DNA of 64,000 nucleotides from Malacoraja senta (Eukaryota): NCBI GenBank assembly GCA_038087875.1, contig CM075989.1:21082001-21146000 (forward strand). The letters are read 5' to 3'. The notes under the pieces are model-generated. The model was given only the letters and a program-made list of their open reading frames with translations, was not told the DNA's origin and ran no database searches. The position numbers and the translations under genes are program-made. Shown here one piece after another: positions 35,552 through 47,298 of this stretch (position 1 is the first letter of the stretch; every line of letters begins with the position of its first letter).

Positions 35552-37791
35552 TTACTCCGTTAAAGCTTCGCCAATTGAATTTGTTTCTAACATGTTTTTA
35601 CAACATGTAAAATAGATGAGCAGAATCAATGGATAACAAATTAATTGGTATCTTGTGAAACATCTTTTGCACAGGTTGAACTGGTGTGTTAGTACCTGTA
35701 CATGGCGTTAAGATGGTGGAAATCAAAAACTTGCCTCCGATATTTTTCCAACTTTAGTTATTTGTTGAAACAGTTTTTTTCTGCCTGATTACTGGAGCAC
35801 AAATTCTGACACCTCTGATCCTTCCTGCCAAGAACATTAAGTATCCAAAAGTGATAAAGCTTCAATTTGCTAGTCCATTAGACTAATTACTGAAATAATT
35901 AAGTAACTACTTGATTAGAACTAATGGGTACCTAATTATCCAGGAAAAAAAGTATCAGGTGGTTAATTAATAAAGTATGGGTTGGTATTATATGACCAGA
36001 ACCGAACAAAAACAAGTACAGTGTATATTAATAAAGAAAATAAGGAAAAAGTTAACTTAAAACTCATTAAGTGGGGCAGTGTCTCTCAATTGAGTTCAAA
36101 ATAGGTCCTTGCTTTATTTAGGCAATGCTGTGTCAGTGACATAGTTACTGTCTTGATTTTAAGGAGAATATAAAGTCAGTTTCCTTCTCTGGAGCCTGGG
36201 TTGAATCCAAATTTACAACAGTCAACAGAATTTATTTCTGGTTAGCAATCCCCACAGGCTTATGGTATCGCCAGCCACTGAATAATCACTGGTGCTGCAA
36301 TAGATCTGGCAATTTATTGAACGAAAAAGCATAGAACTATTGATTGATTAAGATCTAATCAATAAAGCCAGTTATTCGTCACGACAGTGGGCAAGGTTTG
36401 AGGCTTGTGTAGGAAGGAACTGCAGATGCTGGTTTACACCAAAGATAGACACAAAATGCTGGAGTAACTCAGCGGGACAGGCAGCATCTCTGGATAGAAG
36501 GAATGGGTGACGATTCGGGTTGAGATCCTTCTTCAGACCGATTTGGTGTCTAGCTTGGCTGTATTGGAAAGGTTGTGTTGGCATGTGCGGTTATTGTAAG
36601 TTCACCTACTGAAAAATAGCAGCAACTTATGAAAAGGCAGCAAAGTAATTAACTGTATTAGTGCTCTTTAAGTCTCTTTGAAACAATAGTGATTCAATAC
36701 ATGTCTCCCATTCAGAGGATCCAGTTAGCATCTGTATAAACAAGCATTTTGTATACTTTCTCAAAGTCACCAGGCACTGTGTTTATCTTTTACTAGCCAT
36801 TGGGAGGACTAATGAGTAGTTGACCTTCAGAGCATACATTACCTTTCTCCAAGTCCTTTTCATCATAGATTATCATTTTATTTCAACTCCCTGCTCTCCT
36901 GAACCTGAAATAAAACACAGTACTTCCCTTTTAATTACACAGCAGCAGGACCAACACTCTACATAATTAGTTTGACGAGTCAATTAATCAAAAAAAAAAA
37001 TCTAAATCAATACAGTGCCGGTGTTGTTCATATGCTGCATTATTTTGCAAATTCTTTGCTATTTTCAGTAACTGCTCATTAGGTTATTCTCAATGCTTCT
37101 TTTTAGAAATATTACTCAAGAGAGGCTACCATGCATTGTTATTTTTTTTAGTAATACAAGCTCCACGTATTAATGTTTTTTTTCAGTCACCACAAAAGCC
37201 ATTTTAATTTTTTAACAAGTAATCAGATGCAGTTTAGTTTAGATGCTCAGCGTGGAAACGGGCCCTTCGGCCCACTGAGTCCATGCCGACCATCGATCAC
37301 CTCTTCACACTTGTCCTTATGTTATCCCAGTTTCACATCCCACACGCTGGGGAAAATCTGACAGAAGCCAATGAACCGACGAACCTGCGCGTCTTTGGAA
37401 TGTGGGAGGAAACGGGAGAGAACCCACACGGTCACAGGGAGAACGTGCAAACTCCACACCGGCACCATCCTTGGTCGGGATTGAACCTATGTCTCTGGCG
37501 CCGTGAGGCAGCACCTCTCCCGTTGCGCTGTGGCATTTTTCTTGTTCAAAAAATATTTTGAATAGGAATATCTTTAGTACATATAAAAGAAACTGCAGGT
37601 GCTGGAATCCTGAGACAAAACACAAAGACTAGCACGGTTCAGGCAGCGTCCGTGGAGGGAATGGACATACGACGTTACAAGTTGGGACCCTTCTTCAGAC
37701 TAGCTGCCGGTTATTGATTTTATTATTGAGTGGCCACCAATGAGAGATGCAAATATGTATGACTCTTAATGTCTAAATTCACTCGAGGAAA

Positions 37792-37991
37792 NNNNNNNNN
37801 NNNNNNNNNNNNNNNNNNNNNNNNNNNNNNNNNNNNNNNNNNNNNNNNNNNNNNNNNNNNNNNNNNNNNNNNNNNNNNNNNNNNNNNNNNNNNNNNNNNN
37901 NNNNNNNNNNNNNNNNNNNNNNNNNNNNNNNNNNNNNNNNNNNNNNNNNNNNNNNNNNNNNNNNNNNNNNNNNNNNNNNNNNNNNNNNNNN
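37792..37991. other. Assembly gap (200 N)
   Basis: Run of N. Confidence 1.
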
Positions 37992-38204
37992 TAGAGATGC
38001 GATCTACGACCTGTGTTTTCCATTTGCAATAAAACAATGAGCAAAACCCGCAGTGAGTCAGCAAAGAAATGTAAATGAAAGACCCCCCCCCCGTGGGAGG
38101 TTGATGTTTTGCTCAGTCTGTTCTAGGCCCATTTCTAGGTATAGCGTGCTTCAGTGCAGTCGCCTGCTAATTCTAGCCCTCAAGTACACCTTGGACGCTA
38201 GACT

Positions 38205-38660
38205 GGGGCGGCACAGTGGCGCAGCGGTAGAGTTGCTACCTTACAGCGCCAGTGACCCGGGTTCGATCCCGACTACGGGTGCTGTCTGTACGGAGTTTGT
38301 GCGTTCTCCCCGTGACCGCGTGTGTTTTCTCCGAGATCTTCGGTTTCCTCCCACACTCCAAAGACGTACAGGTTTGTAGGTTAATTGGCTTGGTATAAAT
38401 GTAAAAAAAATGTCCCTAATGTGTGTAGGATAGTGTTGATGTACGGGGTTCGCTGGTCAGTACGGACTCATAAGGTCATAAGGAATAGGAGTAGAATTAG
38501 GCCATTCGGCCCATTAAGTCTACTCCGCCATTCATTTTATCTGTCCCTCCTAACCCCATTCTCATGCCTTATCCCCATAACCGCTAATCAAGAATCTAGC
38601 TATCTCAGTGGGCCGAAGGGCCTGTTTCCACGCTGTATCTCTAAACTAAACTAAACTAAA
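38205..38660 (+). mobile_element. HE1-like SINE with a CR1 tail insert (further copies at 37231-37535, 41850-42140, 46625-47030, 51455-51762, 54400-54945, 55233-55450, 57105-57330, 61655-61860)
   Basis: Pol III boxes, central domain and tail. Confidence 0.88.
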
Positions 38661-39049
38661 GTTGTGCACACCAAACTAGACCATTGTGTATAGGAAGGAA
38701 CTACAGATGCTGGTTTATACCGAAGATAAATGCAAAGTGCTGAAGTAACTCAGCAGGTCAGGCAACATCTCTGGAGAAAAAAGATGGGTGAAGTTCTGTT
38801 TCAAGTCTGAAGAAGGGTTCCGACCCAAAACATAGCCCATTATTTTTCTCCAGAGATGCTGCCTGACCTGCCGAGTTACTCCAGTGCTTTGTGTCTATCT
38901 TACATTAGACCACGACATGCATACATGGCTGGGTAAATAGAACAGCATCAGTTCCTCTCAAAAAGTCATAGAGTCACAAAGCATGGAAACAGGGCCTACG
39001 ACTTAACTCGTCTAGCCTTTGTTTTTATTGCAAGCATTTGTTTTTATTT

Positions 39050-40620
39050 TAAGCCTTTATTTCAAGAGGATTAGAATACAAAAACAGGGATGTAATGCTG
39101 AGGCCCTATAAGGCGCTGGTCAGGCTGCATTTGGAGTATGTGAACAATTTTAGGCACCAGAACTGAGGAAGGATGTGCTGGCCCTGGAGAGGGTCCAGAG
39201 GAGGTTTACAAGAATTATCCCAGGAATGAGTGGGTTAACATATGATGAGCGTTTGTCGGCATTGGGCCTGTACTCGCTGGAGTTTAGAAGAATGAGGAGG
39301 GACCTTTCTTTGAAACTTACTGAATAGTGAAAGGCCTGGTGAGATTGGACGTGGAGAGGATGTTTCCACTGGTGAGAGAGTCTAGGACTAGAGGTCATAG
39401 TCTCTGAATTAAAGGACGTTCCTTTAGGAAGCAGATGAGGCGGAATTTCTTTAGTCAGAGATGGTGAATCTGTGGAATTCTTTGCCACAGACGGCATTGG
39501 AGGCAAAGTCAAAGTGGATATTTTTAAGGCAGAGATAGATAGATTATTGATTATTATGGGTGTCAGAGGTTATGGGGAGAAGGCAGGAGAATGGGGTTAG
39601 GAGGGAGAGAGATCAGCCATGATTGAATGTCAGAATTGAGTTGATGGGCCAAATGGCCTATTTCTGTTTCTATCACTTTTTGACCTTATGACCTTATCTA
39701 TGCTGACCAGCAAGCCTCATCTAACCTTATCCCATTTGATCACATTTAGCCCCAAACCCCTCCAAACCTTCTTATCCAGTCTATTGTATTCTTATTGAGT
39801 ATAGAAGTTGGGAGGTCATGTTGCAGTTGAATAAGACATTGGTGAGACCCCATTTAGAATATTGTGTTCAGTTCTGCGCACCATGTTATAGGAAAGATAT
39901 CGTCAAGCTTGAAAGGTGCAGAGAAGATTTATGAGGATGTTGCCAGGACAAGAGGGTGTGAGCTGTAGGGAGAGGTTGAGTAGGCTGGGTCTCTATTCCT
40001 TGGCTCGTAGGAGGATGAGGTGGATATAATAGAGGTGTATAAAATCATGAGAGGAACGGATCGGGTAGATGCACAGAGTCTCTTGCTCAGAATAGGGAAA
40101 TCGAGGACCAGAGGACATAGGTTTAAGGTGAAGGGGAAAAGATTTAATAGGAATCTGAGGGTGGTGGTGGGTGAATGGAACAAGCAGCCAGAGGAGGTAG
40201 TGAGGCTATTCTGGAGGAACTCAGTGGGTCAAGCTGCATTTGAGAGGGGAAAAGAATTGTCCTGATAGAGGGTTTTGACCAAAAACATTCGCAATTCCAT
40301 TCCCCCACAGATGCTGCTTGACCACTGAGTTAAAAAAATTGGGCACCTATCCCAATATTCAAGAAACATTTAGACAGGTACATGGATAGGACAGGTTTGA
40401 AGGGATATGGAACAAACGCAGGCAGGTGGGTCCAGTGTAGCTGGGACATGTTGGCTGGTGTGGGCAAGTTGGGTTGAAGGGCCTGTTTCCACACTGTGTC
40501 ACTCTATGACTCTATGAGGTACATGGATAGGAAAGGTTTAGAGGGATGTGGGCCAAACGTGGCCTGGTGGGACTCGCATAGATGGTCAGCATGGGCACGT
40601 TGGGCTGAAGGGCCTGGCTT
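39050..40620 (+). mobile_element. Cluster of degraded CR1 3' fragments from two subfamilies, with a Penelope insert at about 40205-40335
   Basis: LVR.HLEY..QF, ERVQRRFTR and SRTRGH motifs with frameshifts. Confidence 0.88.
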
Positions 40621-40938
40621 CGTGATGTAAGACTGTGACTCTCGGGTTCTTTTAACTGATTGTTTGTTGCAATAGATTTTTTTTTGCACAGTCTCTTTTT
40701 TTATTCCCTGTTAGAAAAAAATGTGGCGCGATGGTTGAGTTGCTGCCTCACAGCGCCAGAGACCCAGTTTCGATCCTGACTATGGGTGCTGTCTGTATAG
40801 AATTTGTATGTTCTCCCTGTGACCACTTGGGTTTTCTCCGGTTTTCTCCCACACTCCAAAGACGTACTTGTTTGTAGGTTTAATTGGCTTCAGTAAGTAG
40901 GAAAATTGTGCAGGTTACTGTACGTAGTGAATGCTGGT

Positions 40939-41417
40939 CAATAGACAATAGGTGCTGGAGTAGGCCATTCGGCCTTTGAGCCAGCACCGCCATTCAATGT
41001 GATCATGGCTGATCATCCCCAATCAGTACCCCGTTCCTGCCTTCTCCCCATATCCCCTGACTCCGCTATCTTTAAGAGTCCTATCTAGCTCTCTCTTGAA
41101 AGCATCCAGAGAACCTGCCTCCACCGCCCTCTGAGGCAGAGAATTCCACAGACTCACCACTCTCTGTGAGAAAAAGTGTTTCCTCGTCTCCGTTCTAAAT
41201 GGCTTACTCCTTATTCTTAAACTGTGGCCCCTGGTTCTGGACTCCCCCAGCATCGGGAACATGTTTCCTGCCTCTAGCGTGTCCAAGCCCTTAACAATCT
41301 TATATGTTTCAATGAGATGCCCTCTCATCCTTCTAAACCTCCAGAGTGTACAAGCCCAGCTGCTCCATTCTCTCAGCATATGACAGTCCCGCCATCCCGG
41401 GAATTAACCTTGTAATT
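40939..41417 (-). mobile_element. CR1 3' fragment nested in SINE 40725-41490
   Basis: ORF 41023-41379 and a (CTATTGT)n tail. Confidence 0.9.
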
Positions 41418-42439
41418 CGACGTGGTCGACGTGGATTTAGTGGGCTGAAGGGCCTGTTTCCGCGCTGTATCTCTGAAGTCTAAAGATTCATGGAGTCACA
41501 GCATGGAAACGGTAGCTGTGGCCCACAGAATCTGTGCTGATCACCAAGCAGATATTTGCACTGACCCTGATGTATTCTCCTCATGTTCCCCTCATTTCTC
41601 ACCCGCCTAGTTTCCACCACTACCACCTACACAGTGTGGACAATTTACGGTGACCAGATGTCCAACCAACCCTGCAGCTTTTTGGGATGTTGGAGGTAAC
41701 CATAGCACCCAGAGGAAAGCCAAGCAGTTAGAGCGGGGAACCTGCAAACTCCACACTGGAGGTCAGGATTGAACTTGGGGCCGTAGGACCGAAGACCCAG
41801 TGGCTCTACTAGCTGTCCTGCCTTGCTGCCCCAGGGTGGATCAGTAGAGATGAGAGCTCGAGTTGTGGCCTCACAGTGCCAGAGACCCGGGTTCGATCCT
41901 GACTACGGGTACTGCCTGTACGTTCTCCCCGTGACCTGTGCACGTTTTTTCTGGGATCTCTGGTTTCCTCTCACACTCCAAAGATGTACAGGTGTGCAGT
42001 GTTAATTGAATTGGTATAAATGTAAATTGTCCCTAGTGTGTGTAGGATAGTGTTAATGTGCGGGGATCGCTGGTCAGTGCGGACATGGTGGGCCGAAGGG
42101 CCTGTTTCCATGCTGTTTCACTAAACTAAACTAAACTAAACAAACTGTCTATGTCTTGTTCTGTGCTCTGTAGCTGATCTTGTGTGTGCCTTCCTCTCCT
42201 TGCCGCTCACTCTGACCTTGCTACTTATGACTGCATCTCACTCCTTACAGATCTTGGCCACATATGTTGGTTGCATAGTGATTTTATCATCTGTTACCAA
42301 CTTGCTTCCAATTCTTAGCCTGAATTATAAGTGCACATTTTTAACAGTCTGGTAGTGCCTTGTGTCAAACCCGCAGCAAGCAGAGAGTCTCTAATTGTCC
42401 ATCCCTCACACCTAGCCCCTGTGTGCATGATTCCCACTC

Positions 42440-43063
42440 ATACGTTCATAAGGGACAGGGTCAGAATTAGGCCATTCAGCCCATCAACTCTACTCCGCCA
42501 TTCAATCATGGCTGATCTATCTCTCCCTCCTAACCCCATTCCCCTTCTTCAGACTGTGCACATATCTTTGTATGCTTTGTTGTCACCTTGTCCTAGCTAA
42601 CAATGATCTATGCTATGTTTGCGTTGATCCTCGTCCTCTTTGATGTCTCGTTTTCACACCTTACCCTTCCATATCTCTGTGTCTCCCTCTCCTCTGACAC
42701 TCAGTCTGAAGAAGTGTCTTGACCTGAAACCTCACCCATTCCTTCTATCCAGAGATGCTGCCTGAGTTACTCCAGCATGTTGTGTCTATCTTCAGTGTCC
42801 AATGGCCTAACTCTGCTCCAATAACCTCTGACGCCCGTACTAATCAAGAATCTATCTATCTCTGCCTTAAAAATATCATTTGGCCAATATGACTTGGCCT
42901 CCACAGCCTTCTGTGGCAACAAATTCCACAGATTCACCACCCTCTGACTAAAGCAATTCTTCCTCATCTCCTTCCTAAAGGAACATCCATTAATTCTGAG
43001 CCTCTGGTTCCTAGACTCTCCCACTAGTGGAAACATCCTCTCCACATCCACTCTCTCCAGGCC
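42440..43063 (-). mobile_element. CR1 3' fragment with an inserted duplicated block
   Basis: MDVERMFPLVGESR..RVVNLWN, interrupted at 42541-42821. Confidence 0.85.
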
Positions 43064-43819
43064 TCAGAATTTAAACCAACAGCTCTTTTTATATAACTAT
43101 AATATAGAGAAAACAAAGTTATGGAGGCTTTCTTTTAGTAACTTTGTTTTATTCCCTACTGACTAAAAAGTGTTCTTCTGAAAAAAAAAACCTCGGAGCT
43201 GCAGGATGCAATTACAGTTCTCTCTGCACAATATACTTCTGTAAATGTCACATGTAAGTATGTTTTATTTACACAGATCTTCAGTCATTCCGCTTCTCTA
43301 AATCAGTAAAGTGCTCCAAGGATCTTTCTGCCATTCCTTTTTCTTTGCCCTGTCTGGTTCCAGCTAATGTGATTTGTTGAACAAACTGTCCCATTAATCC
43401 GCTCCTATTTGACAGACTGAGAAAATAAGTGGCAAACGGCGAGATTCACAAGGAGCTAACTCTCTGTCTTCCTCAAGGTAAATAGTTATTACATTTGTGT
43501 GTCAAATTAGTGAAAATGATGTGCTTTCATTTTAAAACTGTAAATGTCACTCCTGCCAACCGGTTCAAAGTCATGTAATGTGACATCTAAGTGACAAATG
43601 AGGCAGGGCAAGATGGATTTCAGTAAGGATTCTTTGCTCTGTTATACGTAGTTGCTACTGCTAAATGCTTACAAAGCAGCTGTGAAAGTTAGTCCCCAAT
43701 CTGCAAGTACATGTGCAATGACTTCCAGCCTGTAACTCTGCAATTTGTTAATGGCAAAAAATTCCACTGTGCGCTGTTATCTACTGCTGTAGCTATCCAA
43801 CACATTCATACAATTGTGC

Positions 43820-44030
43820 TTTTTTTTTTAAACAAATACTTTTATTCAAAATACAAAAAGAAACATACAGAGTGTTAACGCAATCAAAGGCTGCCTATAT
43901 TGGCAGCTTACAAAGAAACAGTCATCAAATTAATGTCTCGCCAGCTTTATCAATAATACACTCGACCTCCTGTGGCGACCAGCGTTCAGGGAAGGCCTCC
44001 AGAGTCCCTGTGGACACCGCATGTTCCCGG
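43820..44030 (-). mobile_element. Tx1-like (L1 superfamily) 3' fragment
   Basis: EHAVSTGTLEAFPERWSPQ..C.. C-terminus, then AATAAA and a poly(A) tail. Confidence 0.65.
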
Positions 44031-44047
44031 ATTGAAAACAACTCTTC

Positions 44048-44506
44048 CTTACAACCCAGCGGAATATCGACTTCTCTAACTTCAAGTGACTCTTGCTTCT
44101 TCTCTCTCTCCATCCCTCCCCCATCCTAGCTCTCTGACTGTCTTCCTGATTACGTTTTATCTTTGAAGATAGACACAAAATTCTGGAATAACTCAGCAGG
44201 GACAGGTAGCATCTCTGGAGAGAAGGAATGGATGACATTTTGGATCGAGACCCTTCTTCAGACTGCGTACATATCTTTGTGTGTGCTTCCTTCTCACCTT
44301 CCCCGAGCTAACAATGATCTATTCTATGTTTTCCTTGATCCTCGTCCCCTTTGATGTCTCGTTTTCCACACCTTACCCTTCCATATCTCTGTCCCCCTCT
44401 CCCCTGACTCTCAGTCTGAAGAAGTGTCTTGACCAAAACCTCACCCATTCCTTCTCTCCAGAGATGCTGCCTGAGTTACTCCAGCATTTTGTGTCTATCT
44501 TCAGTG
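44048..44506 (+). mobile_element. Penelope-like element 3' end with nested inverted repeat
   Basis: LQPSG..IDFSNFK* remnant, inverted terminal repeat at 44165-44265 and direct repeat at 44410-44503. Confidence 0.78.
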
Positions 44507-45553
44507 TCCAATGGCCTAACTCTGCTCCAATCACTTACTGTATGAACGTATGAGCCATCCATTTCTCTGTGGATGCAGAAGTTGGGATGAAAAGGTTTGC
44601 TTTTGATTTACAAAATTGTTGGAACCGTGCTGTGTCTTCAACATGGAAATGGGAGTGAAGGGGAAAAACAGAAATCCAAGGATGTATAGTGTGTTTTAGA
44701 ACATAAAAGATAGATTATGGAACGGTACAGCGCAGGAACAGGCCCTTCGGCCCTCAATGTCTGTGCCGAACATGATGCCAAGATAAACTCCACTCCTCTA
44801 CCCTCAAGTTCAAGTTCAAGTGAGTTTATTGTCATGTGTCCCTGATAGGACAATGAAATTCTTGCTTTGCTTCAGCACAACAGAACATAGAAGGCATTGA
44901 CTACAAAACAGATCAGTGTGTCCATATATCATTATATAAATATATACATACATGATCCATCTCACGTGATCCCTCACGTGATCCATCTCCCTCTACTCCC
45001 TGCATATGCAGGTGCCAACCTGAAAGCTACTTAAATGTCACTATGGTATCTGCCTCCGCCATCGCCCTTGGCACCCACCTCCTTCTGTGCAACAAGATAC
45101 TCCCCACATCTCCTTTAAAAATAGCCCCTTTCATATCAAAGCTTTGCCCTCTAGTCTTTGACATTTCCACTCTTATCTATGCCTCTCACGAAGTGACTCG
45201 ACCTGAAACGTCACCCATTCCTTCTCTCCAGAGATGCTGCCTGTCCCACTGAGTTACTGCAGCATTTTGTGTCTATCTACCCCTCTCATAATTGTATATA
45301 CATCTATCAGGTCTCCTCTCAACCTCCAGTGTTCCAGGGAATACAATCCAAGTCTGTCTAACCTTCCCTTGCAGCTAATGCCCTCTAATCCAGCTGGCAG
45401 CATGTTCCTGTTCCACAAACCTGCCACTTTGGATCAGAACAAAATCCCATTGCTACAGCCCAAGTCCCGCACAGTTGAGCCCTTGGTCCCAGGGAACTTC
45501 TGGGCCAACTTAGTCCAATTTCCTCTGCAATTCTTCGAAAGCAATAATTAACT

Positions 45554-46205
45554 AGCATTTATTTCGAGAGGGCTAGAATACAAAGGCAGGGATGTAATGC
45601 TGAGTCAGGCCACCTTTGGAATATTGTGCGCAGTGTGGGCCCCAATATCTGAGGAAGGATGTGCCAGCGTTGGAGAAGGTTCAGAAGAGGTTTACGAGAA
45701 TGATCCCAGGAATGAGTGGGTTAACATATGATGAGCGTTTGAAGGCACTGGACCTGTACTCGCTGGAGATTAGAAGGAAAAGGCGGGGAGAAGGGGGTGG
45801 ATGGTGGGGGGAGGGGGGGTGCACCTCATTGAAACTTACCGAATAGTAAAAGGCCTGGATAGAGTGAATGTGAAGAGGATGTTTCCACTAGTGGGAGAGT
45901 CTACGACCAGAGGGCCATAGCTTCTGAATAAGAGGATGTACCTTTAGAAGGATGAGGAGACATTACTTTCGCCAGAGGGTGATGAAACTGGAATTCCTGT
46001 AGAGGTCAAGCGATGGATATTTTGAAGATGGAGTTTGACTTGCTTAATAAGGGTGCCAGAGATTACTAAGGGTGTCTTGATTAGAAAGGGTGTTGTGGAG
46101 AAGGCAGGAAAAGGGTTTGAGAGAGAAAGAGCTATGATTGAATGACAGGGTTAATTTGATGGGCCGAATGGCCCAATTCTACTACTAGAACTGATGAACT
46201 TATGC
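45554..46205 (+). mobile_element. Degraded CR1 3' fragment
   Basis: EYCAQC..LEKVQKRFTRMIPGMSGLTYDERL. Confidence 0.85.
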
Positions 46206-47298
46206 ACTTAACACCATCCTGCAGAAGACAGGTGTAGATGTTGCATGAAACGCTGAGGCTGAATCGCCACGTTGAGTTCTAGAGTGGTGTGCTTCAATGT
46301 AGAAATGGTCGCAAATCTCTTTCATTTCTGAATAAAAATAACTTAGAAACAGAGAGTAGTGGCTGGGGATTTTCTGCAGATTCTTTTCACCCTTGAGCTA
46401 AAGATTTATAAGCATCTGCCAAGCTCCAAGTATCTTCCAGTTTCTAAACCACCACAGTATTGTGAGAAAACATAGTTTGTCTTCATTTGTGAAAGAGTGA
46501 TTGGAGAAAGCCTCTGATTAATCAGTTGTAGTGAAGGTGTGAGGGGCTTGGTGGTGGGTAATCAGTCTAAAATGGTTACTGGATGGATAAGGAAAGGCAT
46601 TGGCCAAGATTTCTTTGAGAGACAGTTTAGTTTAGAGATACAACACGGAAACAGGCCCTTCGGCCCACCAAGTCCATGCTGACCAGCCATCCCCAGTACG
46701 CTAGCACTATCTTACAATAGACAATAGACAATAGACAATGGACAATAGGTGCAGGAGTAGGCCATTTGGCCCTTTGAGCCAGCACCGCCATTCAATGTGA
46801 TCATGGCTGATCATCCCCAATCAATACCCCGTTCCTGCCTTCTCCCCATATCCCTTGACTCTGCTATCTTTAAGAGCCCTATCTAGCTCTCTCTTGAAAG
46901 ACTCTCTCTTGAAACACACTAGGGACAATCTTTATCAAGCCAATTAACCTACAAACCTGCACGTCTTTGGAGTGTGGGAGGAAACCGGAGCTCCCGGTGA
47001 AAACCCACGTGGTCACGGGGAGAATGTAGAGCTGGGAGATATTGCTACGCCACTGCCCAACAAAAGTAGAAATTCATGTTAATGGTATTTTTTTTCAGGG
47101 AATTTCATGGAGGGAATTTCAAATTTCAATTGGAGGGAAGAATGCTGAGGGAGCAATGGGAAGATCTGTGATGGGCTGGACATCAAGCGAGAACTTCAGA
47201 TCCTCACCCACTGCCACTCTGGCCCCCTAGTCTCAGTGAGTTGATATAGGACAGCACAGGAACAAGCCTTTCAGCCCACAATGTCTGTGCTGAACATG

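Noticed and set aside
37723..38064. ORFs spanning the N run
   Set aside because: Gap artefacts.
43364..43477. 114-nt segment with a good acceptor and an AAG|GTAAAT donor
   Set aside because: Stops in all three frames and no other support.
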